Below are positions 50,255-63,171 of a stretch of 64,000 nucleotides of DNA, in pieces. The stretch lies in NCBI GenBank assembly GCA_010015585.1, contig ML975162.1; one strand, written 5' to 3'. The translations under genes and the position numbers were made by a program. Origin of the DNA: Eremomyces bilateralis CBS 781.70 (taxonomy: Eukaryota). Each line of letters starts with the position of its first letter. The first letter of the stretch is position 1. Under the pieces are notes generated by a model. That model worked only from the letters and a program-made list of their open reading frames with translations. It was not told the origin of the DNA and searched no databases.

Positions 50255-50992
50255 TTACTGGGTCTTGAAGAGCAGAATCGCACAATGCCCAAGGTAGAAG
50301 TAGATGAAGTGCTTTGTCTCTGGAGATCGTTAGGCGTGTTGCCAGTATGCCCGTGAACGAGAAGGGAGTCAAAAGCAATTCACTGAGGATTCACGTACCG
50401 TGAGTGACAAAGCTACCAAAGTTGCGCCCAACTACGCAATGCCAGGTCGCCCCCTTTCGGCTGTCGAACTGCACCATGCATCAGCGCTGTCGTCCGATAT
50501 TTCTCATGCACAACGCGCTACCTCTTTCTTGATATACATGGCAATATCCTAATTCGAGATTAGCCAAGTGGATATTTCTCTTCAATCAACAACGAATTAC
50601 CTTCTCGACGGTGTGTTTGGACATTGCTTCTTGCGCTGCTCGTGACATCGAGTCAGTTCTGATATGCCAAGCCAAACTCCGAGAGCACCCCGAATATTCC
50701 TTCCCACGATCCATGGGGGATCGAAAATGTTACTAGAACATGGGAGACATCAAGTGGGGAGCCACGAACCGATTTCAATTGATTCCTGAATCATGTCTGG
50801 GTTCTGCGGAACGTTAGACGAAGGCAACGGAGACCTATCTCTCCCGACCGCCTCGCACCATATCTGCCGCCTTTATCTGGGCTGTGGGACACGGTTAGCC
50901 TTTCCTTCGTTCACCAGCCGCCATCCCCAAGATTTCTTACCCTCCAACTTCTCCGTGCTCTCTACCAGCTTCTCGGTGGACGAGGTCGTCAT
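50255..50992 (-). CDS. DYN2: Cytoplasmic dynein light chain LC8 (NudG/Dyn2), 7 exons, not in the ORF track
   Basis: Exons 50992..50941, 50881..50859, 50803..50770, 50635..50601, 50548..50522, 50468..50399 and 50319..50255 give [101 protein letters not shown]. Confidence 0.96.
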
Positions 50993-51558
50993 GATGGCGG
51001 GATATCAAGGCGATGCTCGGATGCTCTCTCGCGATGTCAGGGTCCAAGGACGATTGAATCAGTCATAAACAATCACGGGGACGCAACGGGAAATTGGAAA
51101 TTAAGTACAGTGGACGGCTCAGAAGAGGATAAGGAGATTTTGATCAGATGGAGGAAGCAGTGCATCCTGTCAGGGATATTGTTGCTGTGATGAAAGCTGC
51201 CTCCTGCAGCAGCGCGTCGTCCACGGGCCGCAACCGTTGAAGCGCGAACCGAATCAATCCCGGCCGTTGAGTGCGGGACGCCTAAGTGCCTGAGGCAACA
51301 AGCTGGACCCTGCACCTGACCCCAAAATCGGCGCGTCAGGTTCGTTCATAAAATGAAAATTTCGACAGCTCGCCAGAAGTAAAAGTTAACATATCAAATT
51401 ATATTCATTAAAATCCAGTTCTCCCACATTCGCTCCACGATAGCATAACTGTGAGATACCTAGAGGATCCCTGGACTCCTCTTTGCAGCATGCAATTCAC
51501 AACCATCACATCATAACCGCTACGCGAACCTCTCAAGCCTTGGCACCCCAAACCCACA

Positions 51559-54259
51559 ATGGCAAACTTCGACTCCTCCTCTCGCGTCTTCGTCCACAAT
51601 CTTCCCCCTAATATTACGGTTGACGGCTTCCGAACCCATTTCTCCTCACAAAATGGCCGAAAGGTCACCATCACCGATGCGAAGGTGTTGCCACACCGAC
51701 GCATCGGCTTCATCGGGTACAAGACCCCTGAAGACGCCGCATCAGCGGTCAAGTACTTCAACAAGACCTTCATCCGCACCACTCGGATAGCAGTGGAACT
51801 AGCACGCACGGTCGGAGATGGCAACCTCGAACATGTGAAGGAAGTGCGGTTGAAGCGGAAGCGAGAGGACCGCGAAGCTGCTGCCGCCTCGAATGGGCCA
51901 GTGAAGAAGCATAAGCATGAGCTGGAGGAGAAGATCCAGCAGGACCCGAAGTTGAAGGAGTATCTGGAGGTGATGAGCAATAGGAAGGGTAAAGCGTGGG
52001 AGAATGGGATGGCTGCGGGAGAGGGGCAAGATACCGCTGAAGTCGAGGTCCCCGTGGTAGAGGATAATGGCCTTGACGATGGCGAGTATCAAACACTACC
52101 CCTCCCGCCGAGAATCCCGGAGCCTCCTAAGTCAACCCCGCTACCACCAGAGCCGCCACAGATACCGGAAAAGGTCCTCGTACCAGATTCTGAGCAGCCT
52201 TCACCCACCCAAGATGACGATGACTTGGGGCCGCCTCCCGTTGAGGCTGGTCCTGTCTCGGACTTGGACTGGCTGCGGTCGCGGACAAACAGAGTGCTTG
52301 ACTTTGCCGATGATGAGGAGAAGGTTGATCCGGTTCGGAAAGACAGTCCTCAAGAGTCGAACGATCATGCAGCACCAGTACCAGCGCCAGAAACGGCCGA
52401 GGTGCCGGAAGACCATGAAATGGAGGAAGAACAATATGCTGATGACAACGTGGACGACCCAAACGTTGAGTCAATACGCAAGAGCGGCAGATTGTTCATT
52501 CGCAACCTGTCGTATGCGACCATGGACGAAGACTTGGAGCAACTGTTCCAACAGTTCAACCATTGTCAAGAGGTACGTTGAACTTTTTTTCTTTTCTCCC
52601 CTCCCTTCGAATGATGAAGCCTTGATAGGGACAACTTATGCAAAGCATATGATTATTTATCTTGGAGAATTTTAGTAGATTCCTCCACCTGATCGAAACT
52701 ATTTTACTCACTGTTGTTGAGCAATTGAGGGTACACCATCGGCTAATCACACATAGGTCCATGTTCCGGTGGACAATAACACCGGCTCATCGAAAGGTCT
52801 CGGATATGCGCAGTTCTCAAACCCAGAGAGCGCGGTTGAGGCATATCAAACGCTCGATCGGACTATCTTCCAAGGTCGCATCCTTCATATCCTACCGGCG
52901 GCTCCACGAAAAGATACCAAACTCGACGAGTTCGAAATATCCAAGCTTCCCATCAAGAAACAAAAGCAAATTCAGAGGAAGTCTCAAGCAGCATCACAAA
53001 CGTTCAATTGGAATTCCCTCTATATGAATGTCGATGCTGTGATGGATTCCACTGCTGCACGTCTTGGCGTCACAAAGGGAGAGCTGCTTGACCCAACATC
53101 TTCAGACGCTGCAGTGAAGCAAGCATTGGCTGAGACCCATGTAATCCAGGACACAAAGAAATATTTCGCGGACAATGGTGTCGATCTGGAAGCCTTCAAA
53201 AGCAAGGCGAAAGGCCAGACAGGAATCCTAGTCAAGAATTTCGACTATGGAACCAAGGGAGACACCTTGAGGAAGATGTTGGAGGAGTTCGGTACGGTCA
53301 CGCGGTTCCTCATGCCTCCATCCGGGACGATAGCCATCGCCGAGTTTGAGAGACCGGATCAAGCTAAGAACGCCTTTGCCGCACTTGCATATCGGAAAGT
53401 TGGGAACTCCCTATTATTCCTGGAGAGGGCACCGAAGGAGCTCTTTGCCAAGCAAGGGAGCACAGCGCTGGTCAGCAAAGCTGGCCTTCCGGATGCAGGT
53501 ACGCAGCAGAAGGTCTCCACGACAGACTTACTTGAGCCAGATGACGCTAAGCTCGTGGATACGTCTACATTATTTGTTGGCAATCTGGACTTCTCCACAA
53601 CGTCTGAGGGGCTGGCGGAGGTCTTCAGACCTTTGGACGGTTTCTTGTCCGCCAAAGTGAAAATGAAGCAGAATACCAAGCGACCTGAAGTCCCACTGAG
53701 CATGGGTTTTGGTTTCTTGGAATTTCGAACAAAGGCACAGGCGCAAGCGGCTCAGGCTGCCATGGATGCATACAAGCTAGATGGACACAATCTCGTCATC
53801 AAGGCCTCTCACCGCGGTGTCGATGCTGCAGAGGAACGGCGTAAGGAAGACGCCGCCAAGAAAGCGGCGAACAACAAGACGAAGATTATCGTCAAGAACC
53901 TGCCGTTCGAAGCGAGCAAGAAGGACATCCGCACGCTGTTCGCCACCTACGGCCAGCTCCGCTCCGTCCGCGTGCCCAAGAAATTCGACAATACCAGCCG
54001 CGGGTTCGCGTTCGCCGAATTCACCACGCCGCGCGAGGCGACGAGCGCGATGGAGGCCCTGCGCAACACCCATCTGCTCGGCCGGCGACTCGTGCTCGAC
54101 TTCGCGACCCAGGAACTGGACGACCCGGAGGCAGAGCTCGAGCGGATGCAGAAGAAGGTCGGGGAGCAGGCGAGCAAGGTCGCGCTTCGGAAATTAACCA
54201 GCGCAGGGAGGTCGAAGTTCACCGTCGGTGGGGGAGAGGAGGAGGACGACGAGGGCTGA
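51559..54259 (+). CDS. MRD1: Multiple RNA-binding domain protein Mrd1 (pre-18S processing)
   Basis: Intron 52573..52756. RRMs SRVFVHNLPP, RLFIRNLSY, TLFVGNLDF and KIIVKNLPF. Family segments FNWNSLYMNVDAV and SDAAVKQALAETHVIQ. Confidence 0.96.
52606..52697 (+). ncRNA. Intronic box C/D snoRNA, snR64/SNORD74-like (guide for 25S rRNA 2'-O-methylation)
   Basis: Box C ATGATGA 52611..52617, guide GATAGGGACA 52624..52633, D'-like CTTA 52635..52638, C'-like ATGATTA 52649..52655, box D CTGA 52689..52692. Terminal stem TTCGA/TCGAA. Confidence 0.85.
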
Positions 54260-55367
54260 GGGGGGTCAGTGTGGTCGTACGGGCGATGAGTGTTCGTTTG
54301 TTCTGCGACACTCGCATGCGCGATGGCGTGTGAGGTCCCCGGCGGCAGATGCACCGGCGTGTTCCTGCAGATTTGCGGAGGTACAGAAACCACCGGGAAC
54401 TACCGAGTCAGCGGGTGTAATCTCCTACTTGTATGTTCGCCAGCGTGGGGTGGTTGGAAAGGTTGGAAGCGGTTGGAAAAGGGTGGAAAATATGGTCGGA
54501 CAAAGTCGGTTGCAGCCAACCTGCCGGCTCCCTTGCTTCCCGCCCTAGCTTGAGCGGTCGCATCTCTTCAGGGCTGCAGCCCAAGGCCTCGCAACTGACC
54601 ATATAATGAATAATATGACCTGTCTCTACGATGCCTTCTTCCCTCGCGGATCGCTGCATGCGTCATCGCTCAATGAGGCCAGGAGTGCCGACGCGTCTGG
54701 CGTCCCATTTGGCCCCGATTCGGATGCAACCCTCGTAACTTCGCAGCAGCGGTCGACATCGATCGCAGCGACGGTTCCAGGTGGCAATTCCAATTTGAAT
54801 CAAGAGCATGGAAATGACCCCAATGTCTCCCATACGGCTGTGTTTATCGTTCCTTGTGGCATTCCTTCGTGTCGTTGCCGTTCGCCTGACCCCTCCTCTC
54901 CCCCTCGATCAATTGGCGCTAGCCGTTTCGGGGTCGATCTCGACTACCCTTACTTACCACAATGCCTTTGGCATTCCATACTCCTCACCGACGACGATGA
55001 AGGCTTCACAACCCTCTGTACGAAGCGACCCAAGTGTAGGATAAGGTGTGCCTTCTGTAGTTCTGCTCACTCGAAGATCCCTAGCTACCTCGTGTAAGCG
55101 ATAGAAGTAACTCATTTGATGGTGTCACCCCGCTGATCTGGAGGATTTCCGTATAACCACTGTTGTTCACTGATTCACTCTTATACTCTCTTGTCTGTCG
55201 TTTCCTTCCATCATTCTTTTGCAGCTCGAAAGTCATTCCTGTTTGACCGTTGACCAAGCCATTTACAATCCTTAATAATTCCCAGCCCGCTGAAGCATTC
55301 TTGCTCCATTGTCCTGGTATGCAATGCTGTAAAGTCTGGAATCTAACTACTCACTTCCATTGACAAT

Positions 55368-58114
55368 ATGGTGGACCTTCAGGCGGGACATGAATCCCAC
55401 CCCGATGGCATGGTTGTCCCATCATCGGACCTTGACATATCGTTTGACATTCATCGAATGAACAATTACCTCTATCGACACCTGGGGTCGAGTCATCATG
55501 TTGCAAGTCCCTACCCTGATGGCATTTCAGTCGTTACTCCCATCACTCAAGACGTCAGGCTTGAGACTCCGACTCATAGCAGTCTCTACAATAGGGTCCG
55601 TCTCCCCAATGGCCATGACCTCCGCACACCGTCCAAGGCCTACCAAGGCCGCCACCTAGGACACAGACGTGGCCATACTTCACTACCGTCGGCCGAAGAT
55701 CCTGCTCTCGAACGTGTGGCTCGCAACTTGATGAAAAGATGGGAGCGATGCCCCGGATACCAGCAGTACCGCAAGCGGCAACCAATAGACGACGATGAGT
55801 CCAAGGAGAAAGTGTGGCCACCACATTTGGAGCTTGCGTTTTGCAAAGGTATGTTGAGCGAGGACCACTTCATATAGGTAATTATTAATATTCACCAGCT
55901 CTCATTCTCTACCCTCCCATGGGCCGCAAGAAGACGTCGCCTGCACTGGGGGAGCCGGCGATGGGACGGAATGAGCTCATCGCCTGGGCCATCATGAAAT
56001 GGACCAACGAGAGCCGGGACCGGAAGAAGGTCTCGAGTCATATTCAGGTTTTGAGGCCGATGTTTGAAAAATATAAAGACGTCGACCCTGGATGTGAGTT
56101 GGCCCTAAGTTGTGTCACTGGCTGCGCTGATTACTGACACACTCCAGTGCTGAAATACTTTTCGAACTCACCGAAAGCAGCTACAGGCCGGCGAGGGTGC
56201 CGACCTGCTTCTCAGTCGATGAATCGACATAGGCAGTTCTCGCATAATACCCGAGCAATCAGCTCAGAGTACTGCTATCCAAATGGAACGGCAAGTGCGT
56301 CGTCCACATCCACTGGCAGCGGGGTATCAGTCCATCCGCCGCGTCCAGAAGACATCCAGGAGGTCTGCCGGTATCCCAGTGGTTATTTCTCCTTCGTGCC
56401 CACTAAGTTCGAGATGTTCGTGAAGCAACGCGAGAAACAGATTCATCTCTTCACCCGGTCCACCCGCAATTGCCAAGGGCTCGATATAGGGCTCGACGAC
56501 ATCTATCATCTGCGCTTCGACTTCCCGCCACTCGCCACCGAGATGGAGCGCGGATCCCTGCAGTCGCAGGTTATCTTCAACAACGCTCGCATTGGCCTCG
56601 CCGCCGACTCCATCCCCAGCGGCCGCGACTCCAACGAGAACGAACTCGGCGTCTTCATGGTCCTCGACTGCGACTCCAAGCACGTCTCCATTTCTGAGCA
56701 CGTCAGCCATTACTTCGGCGGCTTCCGCGCCCGCACTCGCTTCTACGACTCGGGGAAGCTCATCTCCGACGTGCCAGAGGAGACGGACCGCGACCAGCTC
56801 GACCAAGCCAAGCCTACTTACGACTTGGACAACAAGACCCTGGGCAACGTCTACTTCGGCAGCGTCTTCTGGGCCGAGCGGATGTACAAGCTGGGCCGAG
56901 TGCTTCGCGAGGCGGCTGAAAAGCGCGCGGCGGGCACCATTGCCAGTGACGAGGCGGCTCGCAGCTTGGAGCAGCGGGTCTCGGAGTCGGTCAAACGACT
57001 TTCGGCGGTGCAGGAGATCTGGGCGGTGTCGAGAGACAGTGGCCAGGAGAGGCGCATCCTCGCCATCTGCTGGAAGTTCGAGCACGTCATGGCTCAGCCT
57101 TGCTTCACGATATGGAGACACGTTGTGCCGGGCAATTTGGACTTGATCATACAGCCAACGACTAAGACAGAGCAGTCATCTGAAAGCAAGTTGGCGAGCT
57201 CGTTGCAGGAAATATTTCCTCCGGGCGTCGACATCGATGCGAATGGGAACGCCAATGGGTTTGGATTCGATCTGCAACACGACACCGACCCCTTCATTGC
57301 CACGGCACACTTCGACTTTACGGATATGGCCATGCAACTACCACCAAACCTCCAGCACAACCTCGCCCTCTCGTCCACCATGCCCGAAGCCGAAGGCATG
57401 GTCGACACCTCTATAGTTGACCACGCCCTCTACCCATCCAACCACATCGACTTCTCCGGCGGCCATATCAACATCTGCATGCCCGACACCAACGGCATGA
57501 TGGACGACGCACACATCACTACCGCCCTCACTCCCCTCGACATGGACATGACCAACGGCGGGCTCGAAGTCGACCTCAGTGCCGACCTCAGCGCCGACAT
57601 CGACGGAAACCTTGACGTGCACTTCGTCACCTCCGCTACATACACCCCCACCGTATATACCCCTGCCGCACACACCCCTGCCGCATATTCTCCCGTTGTC
57701 TATACCCCCGCGTCCGACCAATCCCACAAGCGCCTCCTCTCCTTCGAAGACGGCGCTAACCCCGGCCCCGACCTCATCGCTGAAGCCCTCTCCGCCGCCA
57801 CCACCGCCGCAGAGATGAACAGCGACGTGCGCGTGTGGGCGTGCAATGGGTTCCAGTACTTCGATGTCGGGTTCAGCGCCGCGCCGGCGGCAGGGGCGCA
57901 GTTCGCGGAGGCCGGAGCCGGGGTGAGCGTGGCACCGTCACAGTCGCCGGTGCGTGAGGAGGCATTGATGAAGTTGGAGGGGTTGACGGAGGGGGAGAGG
58001 GGGGTGGGGCAGAAGGTGGGGACGCCGGGGGTTGGTTCATCTGCAGCTGGTGGTGATGCAGACGGGGGGAGGGGTGGGGATGGGGTTTGCGGATTTGATG
58101 GGGAGTCCATTTAA
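55368..58114 (+). CDS. TEA/ATTS-domain transcription factor (AbaA/Tec1 family)
   Basis: Introns 55849..55898 and 56094..56147. TEA domain KVWPPHLELAFCKALILYPPMGRKK..GRNELIAWAI..RDRKKVSSHIQVL. Confidence 0.88.
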
Positions 58115-58791
58115 GGATCGGATGATGGGGGTGGAGTAGCAGGAAGTGGGGCGGGGTGATCTACCTTACATGATAGAAATGGATGTTGACAGCAGGAGTG
58201 TACGATTTTGTTGATGGGAGACGCCAGTTGTTTTGGATCGACCATTACCTTAATGTCTGAAGTGACCAGCTGCAGTCTGGCATTGAAGATGAGGAGATTC
58301 CGGACATCGGTATGATTTAGCAATCGGGAAGCATGAATTAGAATGGAAGGGAGGTGGACTATTCTATCTTCAATGAGATTATTACTTGGTATCTCGCGCA
58401 CATGAAACTCATCGATATAGAACCTCGTCCTCGACACCATGCCATGCGTTAACCCCAATATCCGAACTCCATAGCGAATCCGCAGCCAGCTGAAGACACG
58501 GAATAAGTCGACTGCACAAAGTAGCTGTCGTCTCAACCATCCATTCGCTTCCCATATCGACGCTACGCTCAGTTGCTCAACGTAGACGTACCAAATCCGA
58601 TAACTATTCCCAATTTCAATAGCGAGTCGGCACCCTTCGAACGTGTTTCCAATATTTCTGTGTTTTGTGTAAGTTCGGCCGTGCGCTTGTGCCCTGTTCT
58701 CAACGGAATGCCGAAGCGATAGAGTTCCTGTAAGTGTGATGATGTCGGTGATCGTCGATGGTCGCGAAGCCGCCTTCATATGCTCCCAACC

Positions 58792-61700
58792 TCATCTTAT
58801 CGGCAACCCCCCTTGGGAACCAGCCCTGATGCCCCTCCCTGCCGCACCCGAACTACTTTGCCCCATCAAACTCCTCATCACAATCTGCTCCGCCGCCCTC
58901 GCCGCCGCCAACCTCTCCCGTTGCCTCGTCCGCTGCGTCAAATACATCGTCGCCTCCGGCCGCATGCGTAAGATGCGCAGGATCATATCGTCGCTCGGCT
59001 CCGCTTGCGCCTCGCGGCGCTTCTCTTCCTTCGCCTTACGCATCGTCCCGAGGTTGCGCGAGCCGAGGATCGTCTTGTGCCGCCGCGTCGGCATGCCTTG
59101 TGGGGCGCCGCTGAAGGTCATGGGCGCCGGGGCGCCGAGGTGGGCGGGCGCGGAGAGGCGGTTCAGGCGGGCAGCTTCGGAGGCGGCGCGGGCGGCGGAG
59201 GCGGAGGCCATGCGTTCGGATTCACGGATGAGATCTTCGGTGGGCTGGGTGTAGAAGAAGGCGAGATTCTTGAGGTCGTGGTATTTCGGGGATTTGAGGA
59301 CGTCGAGTGGAACGCCTTGGGCGATGCCAGTGTGCTCATCGACGGCGTGGAAGAAGTCGAAGAGGGTTTGGAGCCATTGGTAGACGATGTCGAGTTCGGG
59401 TTGGGAGAGGGGCCGTTGGGCGGAGGGTTTGTCGGAGAGGGGGGGGACGAGGAGGGCTTCGACCTGCGAGAGGACTTCTTTCCAGAGACGGGACATGACG
59501 GCCGTCATGGCGGATTGGGTGAGGGTCTGGTTCATGATGGCGAAGTTCTCGTCGAAGTAGTCGAGGAGGGGTTGAATGGCTCGAGTGGCCTCAATTAACG
59601 AGGGGACCACGGGAGCCTGAGGCTGTTTTTTCATGAACGTGTTAAACTTGGATGCAATACCTTTACTGAGCAGCTGACGAAGAGTCCGCTCAGACAGCAT
59701 ATGCTGAATATAGGCATTGAGCTTAGGAGAAACGTTAGCCAACCGTGTTTGCAAAGAACTTTTCAAATACATACCTTGTCCGTGATCTGCCTCGTCATAT
59801 CCCTCTCCGTCCTCTTCAGCGTCCGGAAAGCTTTACCGAAGTAGAACTGGATGTCGTCCCGCTCGCCCTCCATGCTGACTCTCACCAAGACCCTGCCCTG
59901 CGTATCCAATGGCAGCCAATATTCTCGAGGGATATAGTCCCGGAAGTGATGCGGATCGAGCTTCAGGCTCGACCGTCCAACGCAGTCGTGATCGCCGAGG
60001 GCATCCCAGTCCCAGACGGTGGCGATGATATTGATCGCGCCCGTCGTGGTGATATCGACGCTCTCATCCCATCGTGGATTGAGGTTCCCATAGATGATGC
60101 GCGTCTTGGCCAGCCTTTTCTGGTACTCGTCGCCTAGTACGACGTACGGGTCGGAGAGACCGTTGATATCGCAGGGCTTGAGGTCCTCACCTTCGATGAT
60201 CTTGATCGTAAACACATACTTCTCCGTCTTTTTCCACCGCTCCTGGTGCGTAATGGGCGGGGTATTCCTTGTGATCACCGCTGCACACGCTTCCACATTC
60301 ATATCGCGCTCGAGCTTGTCTAGTTCGGTGATGGCGTATTCGATGTTGTTGAGTTTGACGAGGGACTAGGGACAAGGGGTTAGTTTGTGGTCGTGTTCGG
60401 CAGGAAAGAGGGTATAGATAGTCGTAAAAACAGGCACCCGGATGTTCGCGAAAGAAAATGGAATTAGGATTACCTTGGTGGAGAAATTGTATGCTTCAAC
60501 CTTGTTGTTCGCGTTCCACGCATCTCGCGCCAGCTGCCAGTATCGCTCCGAGTTGGTCAGTTGCGCTCGAGCCGCGACTTCTTCTGCGCTCTCTACGCTC
60601 ATTTCCTTGGAGAAGAGCTGCTCGATCAGTTCGCAGTATCGTGAGATCCCGTTCCCGATGATCTTCGAGAGCGAAGTCATGAACTTCGCATATTGGAGGT
60701 CGTTGTCCCAGTTCAGTTGTGTGATCTGATTCACGATCTCGTTGAACGAGCGGAAGGTATCGATGGACGAGATGCTGTGTCGCTCGTCATCTGTTGGCGG
60801 TCGAGTCGCATCGTCGTTCCGGACCGCGAACTCGTCGTGTTTGATCGCGTTCTCGGACCAACCCACCACGCTGTCTTCGGTGGTCTTGATCCATCTCCAG
60901 ACGAAGTCTTGCAGGAGCTCCTCGACGTTGAATTTGAATTGCGTCCTTCAGAAAATGTTAGCTGCGCTCCGTATGACTCCGAGGACGTCAAAATAATTAC
61001 CCAGATTTGTCCAAAGCATATACCCCACGGATCTCCACCAGTTCACGGTACAGATCGAATCCGTCGGCGATGGGGATCTCCTCCCCACGCTGCTGCGCGA
61101 TCTCGATAATGTGCGCCACAAACGACCGTGCATCATGCGCGAACGCCGGAAACATGACCTTCGCCAGAATCGCGAACGGCGAGACACCCATAATATTCGG
61201 GTTCTTCCGATACCGCTTCGCAATCTTCTCCGCCAACTTCTTCACGCCCTTCCCCACCTCGATGACGTGGAAGAAGTCCAGCATGCCATTACTCTCCTCC
61301 ACCTCGCGCAGCACCTTCTCCCGGATCTCCTCGTATTTGGCGGTTGCCACCTCGATCAGCCCGTTCTCCAGCTCCTCTGCGAACTGATCGAGTTCATTCT
61401 CGGCCACGCTGCACAGCTCGTCGCTGTAGATGTGCTCTTGGATGATGTACATTGCCGGTCCGATTTCGGGGGGCTTGGGTTCGTAGACACCCATGAGGAG
61501 GTGGAACAGGTCGCGGAGGATCGTGGAATGAATCCCGCTGAGGGCTTGCTTGTGCAACGCGTAATCCGCGACGGTCCATTTCTTCCAGTCTTGCGTGCGC
61601 GCTTCCGGGTTGAGCTGCGAGAGACGCCGGTTCTTCTTTTCGTGCGTTCCGTGCGTTTCTTTGATATAGAGGAACGTGGCATCGACGACGGGCAGACCGG

Positions 61701-63171
61701 CATCGGCCTGCCCGTATTTCTCGCGAATCACATCAAGCAGGAGGACCAGGCGGCTGAAGAGAGGCATCCGCCATCGCAGCGCGAGCTCGGAGAGGAGTTC
61801 GGTGGTGGATTTAGAGAAGAGGAAGATATTATCGGGGGATGGGTTGACCTCGGGGTCTTTGAGGTCGACGCTGAGAGCCTCTTTCAGGACAGTTCGAAAG
61901 TGGTCTCGCGGATTGGGTGGGATAAAGGTGTACGTAAGGTCGTCGTCGCAGGCTCGGTGATTGTCCGGGGCTATATTCCCCATGTCCACCGGCTGGTCGA
62001 AGTAGGAATTGTCATCTTCTTGGTTATTGGCGAGCTTTTTGGAGATCTCGGCGTAGGCGTCCACGGTAGCTCCCGAAGCCGAAGGGACGGCGCTTGCGAA
62101 GGCAGAAGCGCCGGTGGAGGTTTTGGCAAGCTCGATATTGTTCTGGACCATGTTCAGGATCATCTGCGACACTTCGGCCGTCTCGCTCTTCTTCCATGCC
62201 TCGTACGCATCATCGTAATCGAAATCGACGAGTGACAGGGTTCGTCGATTTCCGCCGAGGTTGAGGTGGGTTTGGTAGGATTTCAGATCTTGCAGTGCAG
62301 CCTTCTGCGTCCAATTGGCCTTGTGCTTGTTGACGTCGGCTTGTACTTGATCGTACTCTTTGCTGAAAACCCTCTTGACGATCATCGCTAAGGGCATGTC
62401 CTTGACATCGTAAGTAAGAGGGACCTCGACTTCTATGCTAGTCCCCCCAGCGCCGCCATTGCGCGAAGCTTCAGAGGCAAGGTTCTGGTCGTGAATGAGC
62501 AACTTCCGCTCCATCGTCTTCAACCGTTCTGCGAGATCCGGCCGGTCGCTGTCCCAGTTGTGATCTCTTAGAATGGCATTAATCAGCCGAATGAACAGCG
62601 CGCAGTGTCGGTCCACCATCAGCTTCCATGCATCGGGTTCGGGGTGCGTCGGGCCCGTTCCAATATTACCCTTCTGAAGCTCCGACGAGGCTTTCGAGAA
62701 AAAGATGAGGAGCAAGTCCTCGACGCGGCGGTCGGTTTCGACGCCTTTCCGGAAATGCTTCTCTTTGAACTGGTTTAAAAACGCTCCAAAGGTCCGCTTG
62801 ATAAGCGCATCGTTGTATTCCGGCAGCCTCTCTTTCCCGATGAGCACGTACGTCAGCCTCTTGTCGAGCGCCGCCATAAACCCTTCCGGTACCCTGTTGC
62901 TCCTGTTGGCTTTCAGCAGAGTAATATCGTGACCGATGACCTCGCTCGCCGAAGTCCGCGCCTTCTGCAATCTTGGTGGAGCCGCAACATGTTGTATCCT
63001 CTTTTGCCGTGGTTGTAGTTGGTAGTGTAATACGGCGACTGCCAGGCTGTATATGTATGCATCGTGTGGTGTCGCTGTGGCTTTACGATGTAAAGCTTGG
63101 GAGTTGTCGCGGGAAAGGTGTGTATTGCGTCGAGAGCGAGAGATTCGGCTGTGTCGAGAACTGGTGGACAT
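58792..63171 (-). CDS. C2-domain / Munc13-homology-domain protein (YOR296W/Ync13-like)
   Basis: Introns 60946..61000, 60366..60473 and 59722..59774. C2 domain YVFTIKIIEGEDLKPCDINGLSDPYVVLGDEYQKRLAKTRIIYGNLNPRWDE. MHD segments RHSISSIDTFRSF and PLLDYFDENFAIMNQTLT. Confidence 0.9.

Noticed and set aside
58111..58779. 222-aa minus-strand ORF between the TEA and C2 genes
   Set aside because: It lies in the convergent 3'-UTR zone and has no recognisable motif or coding-like composition.
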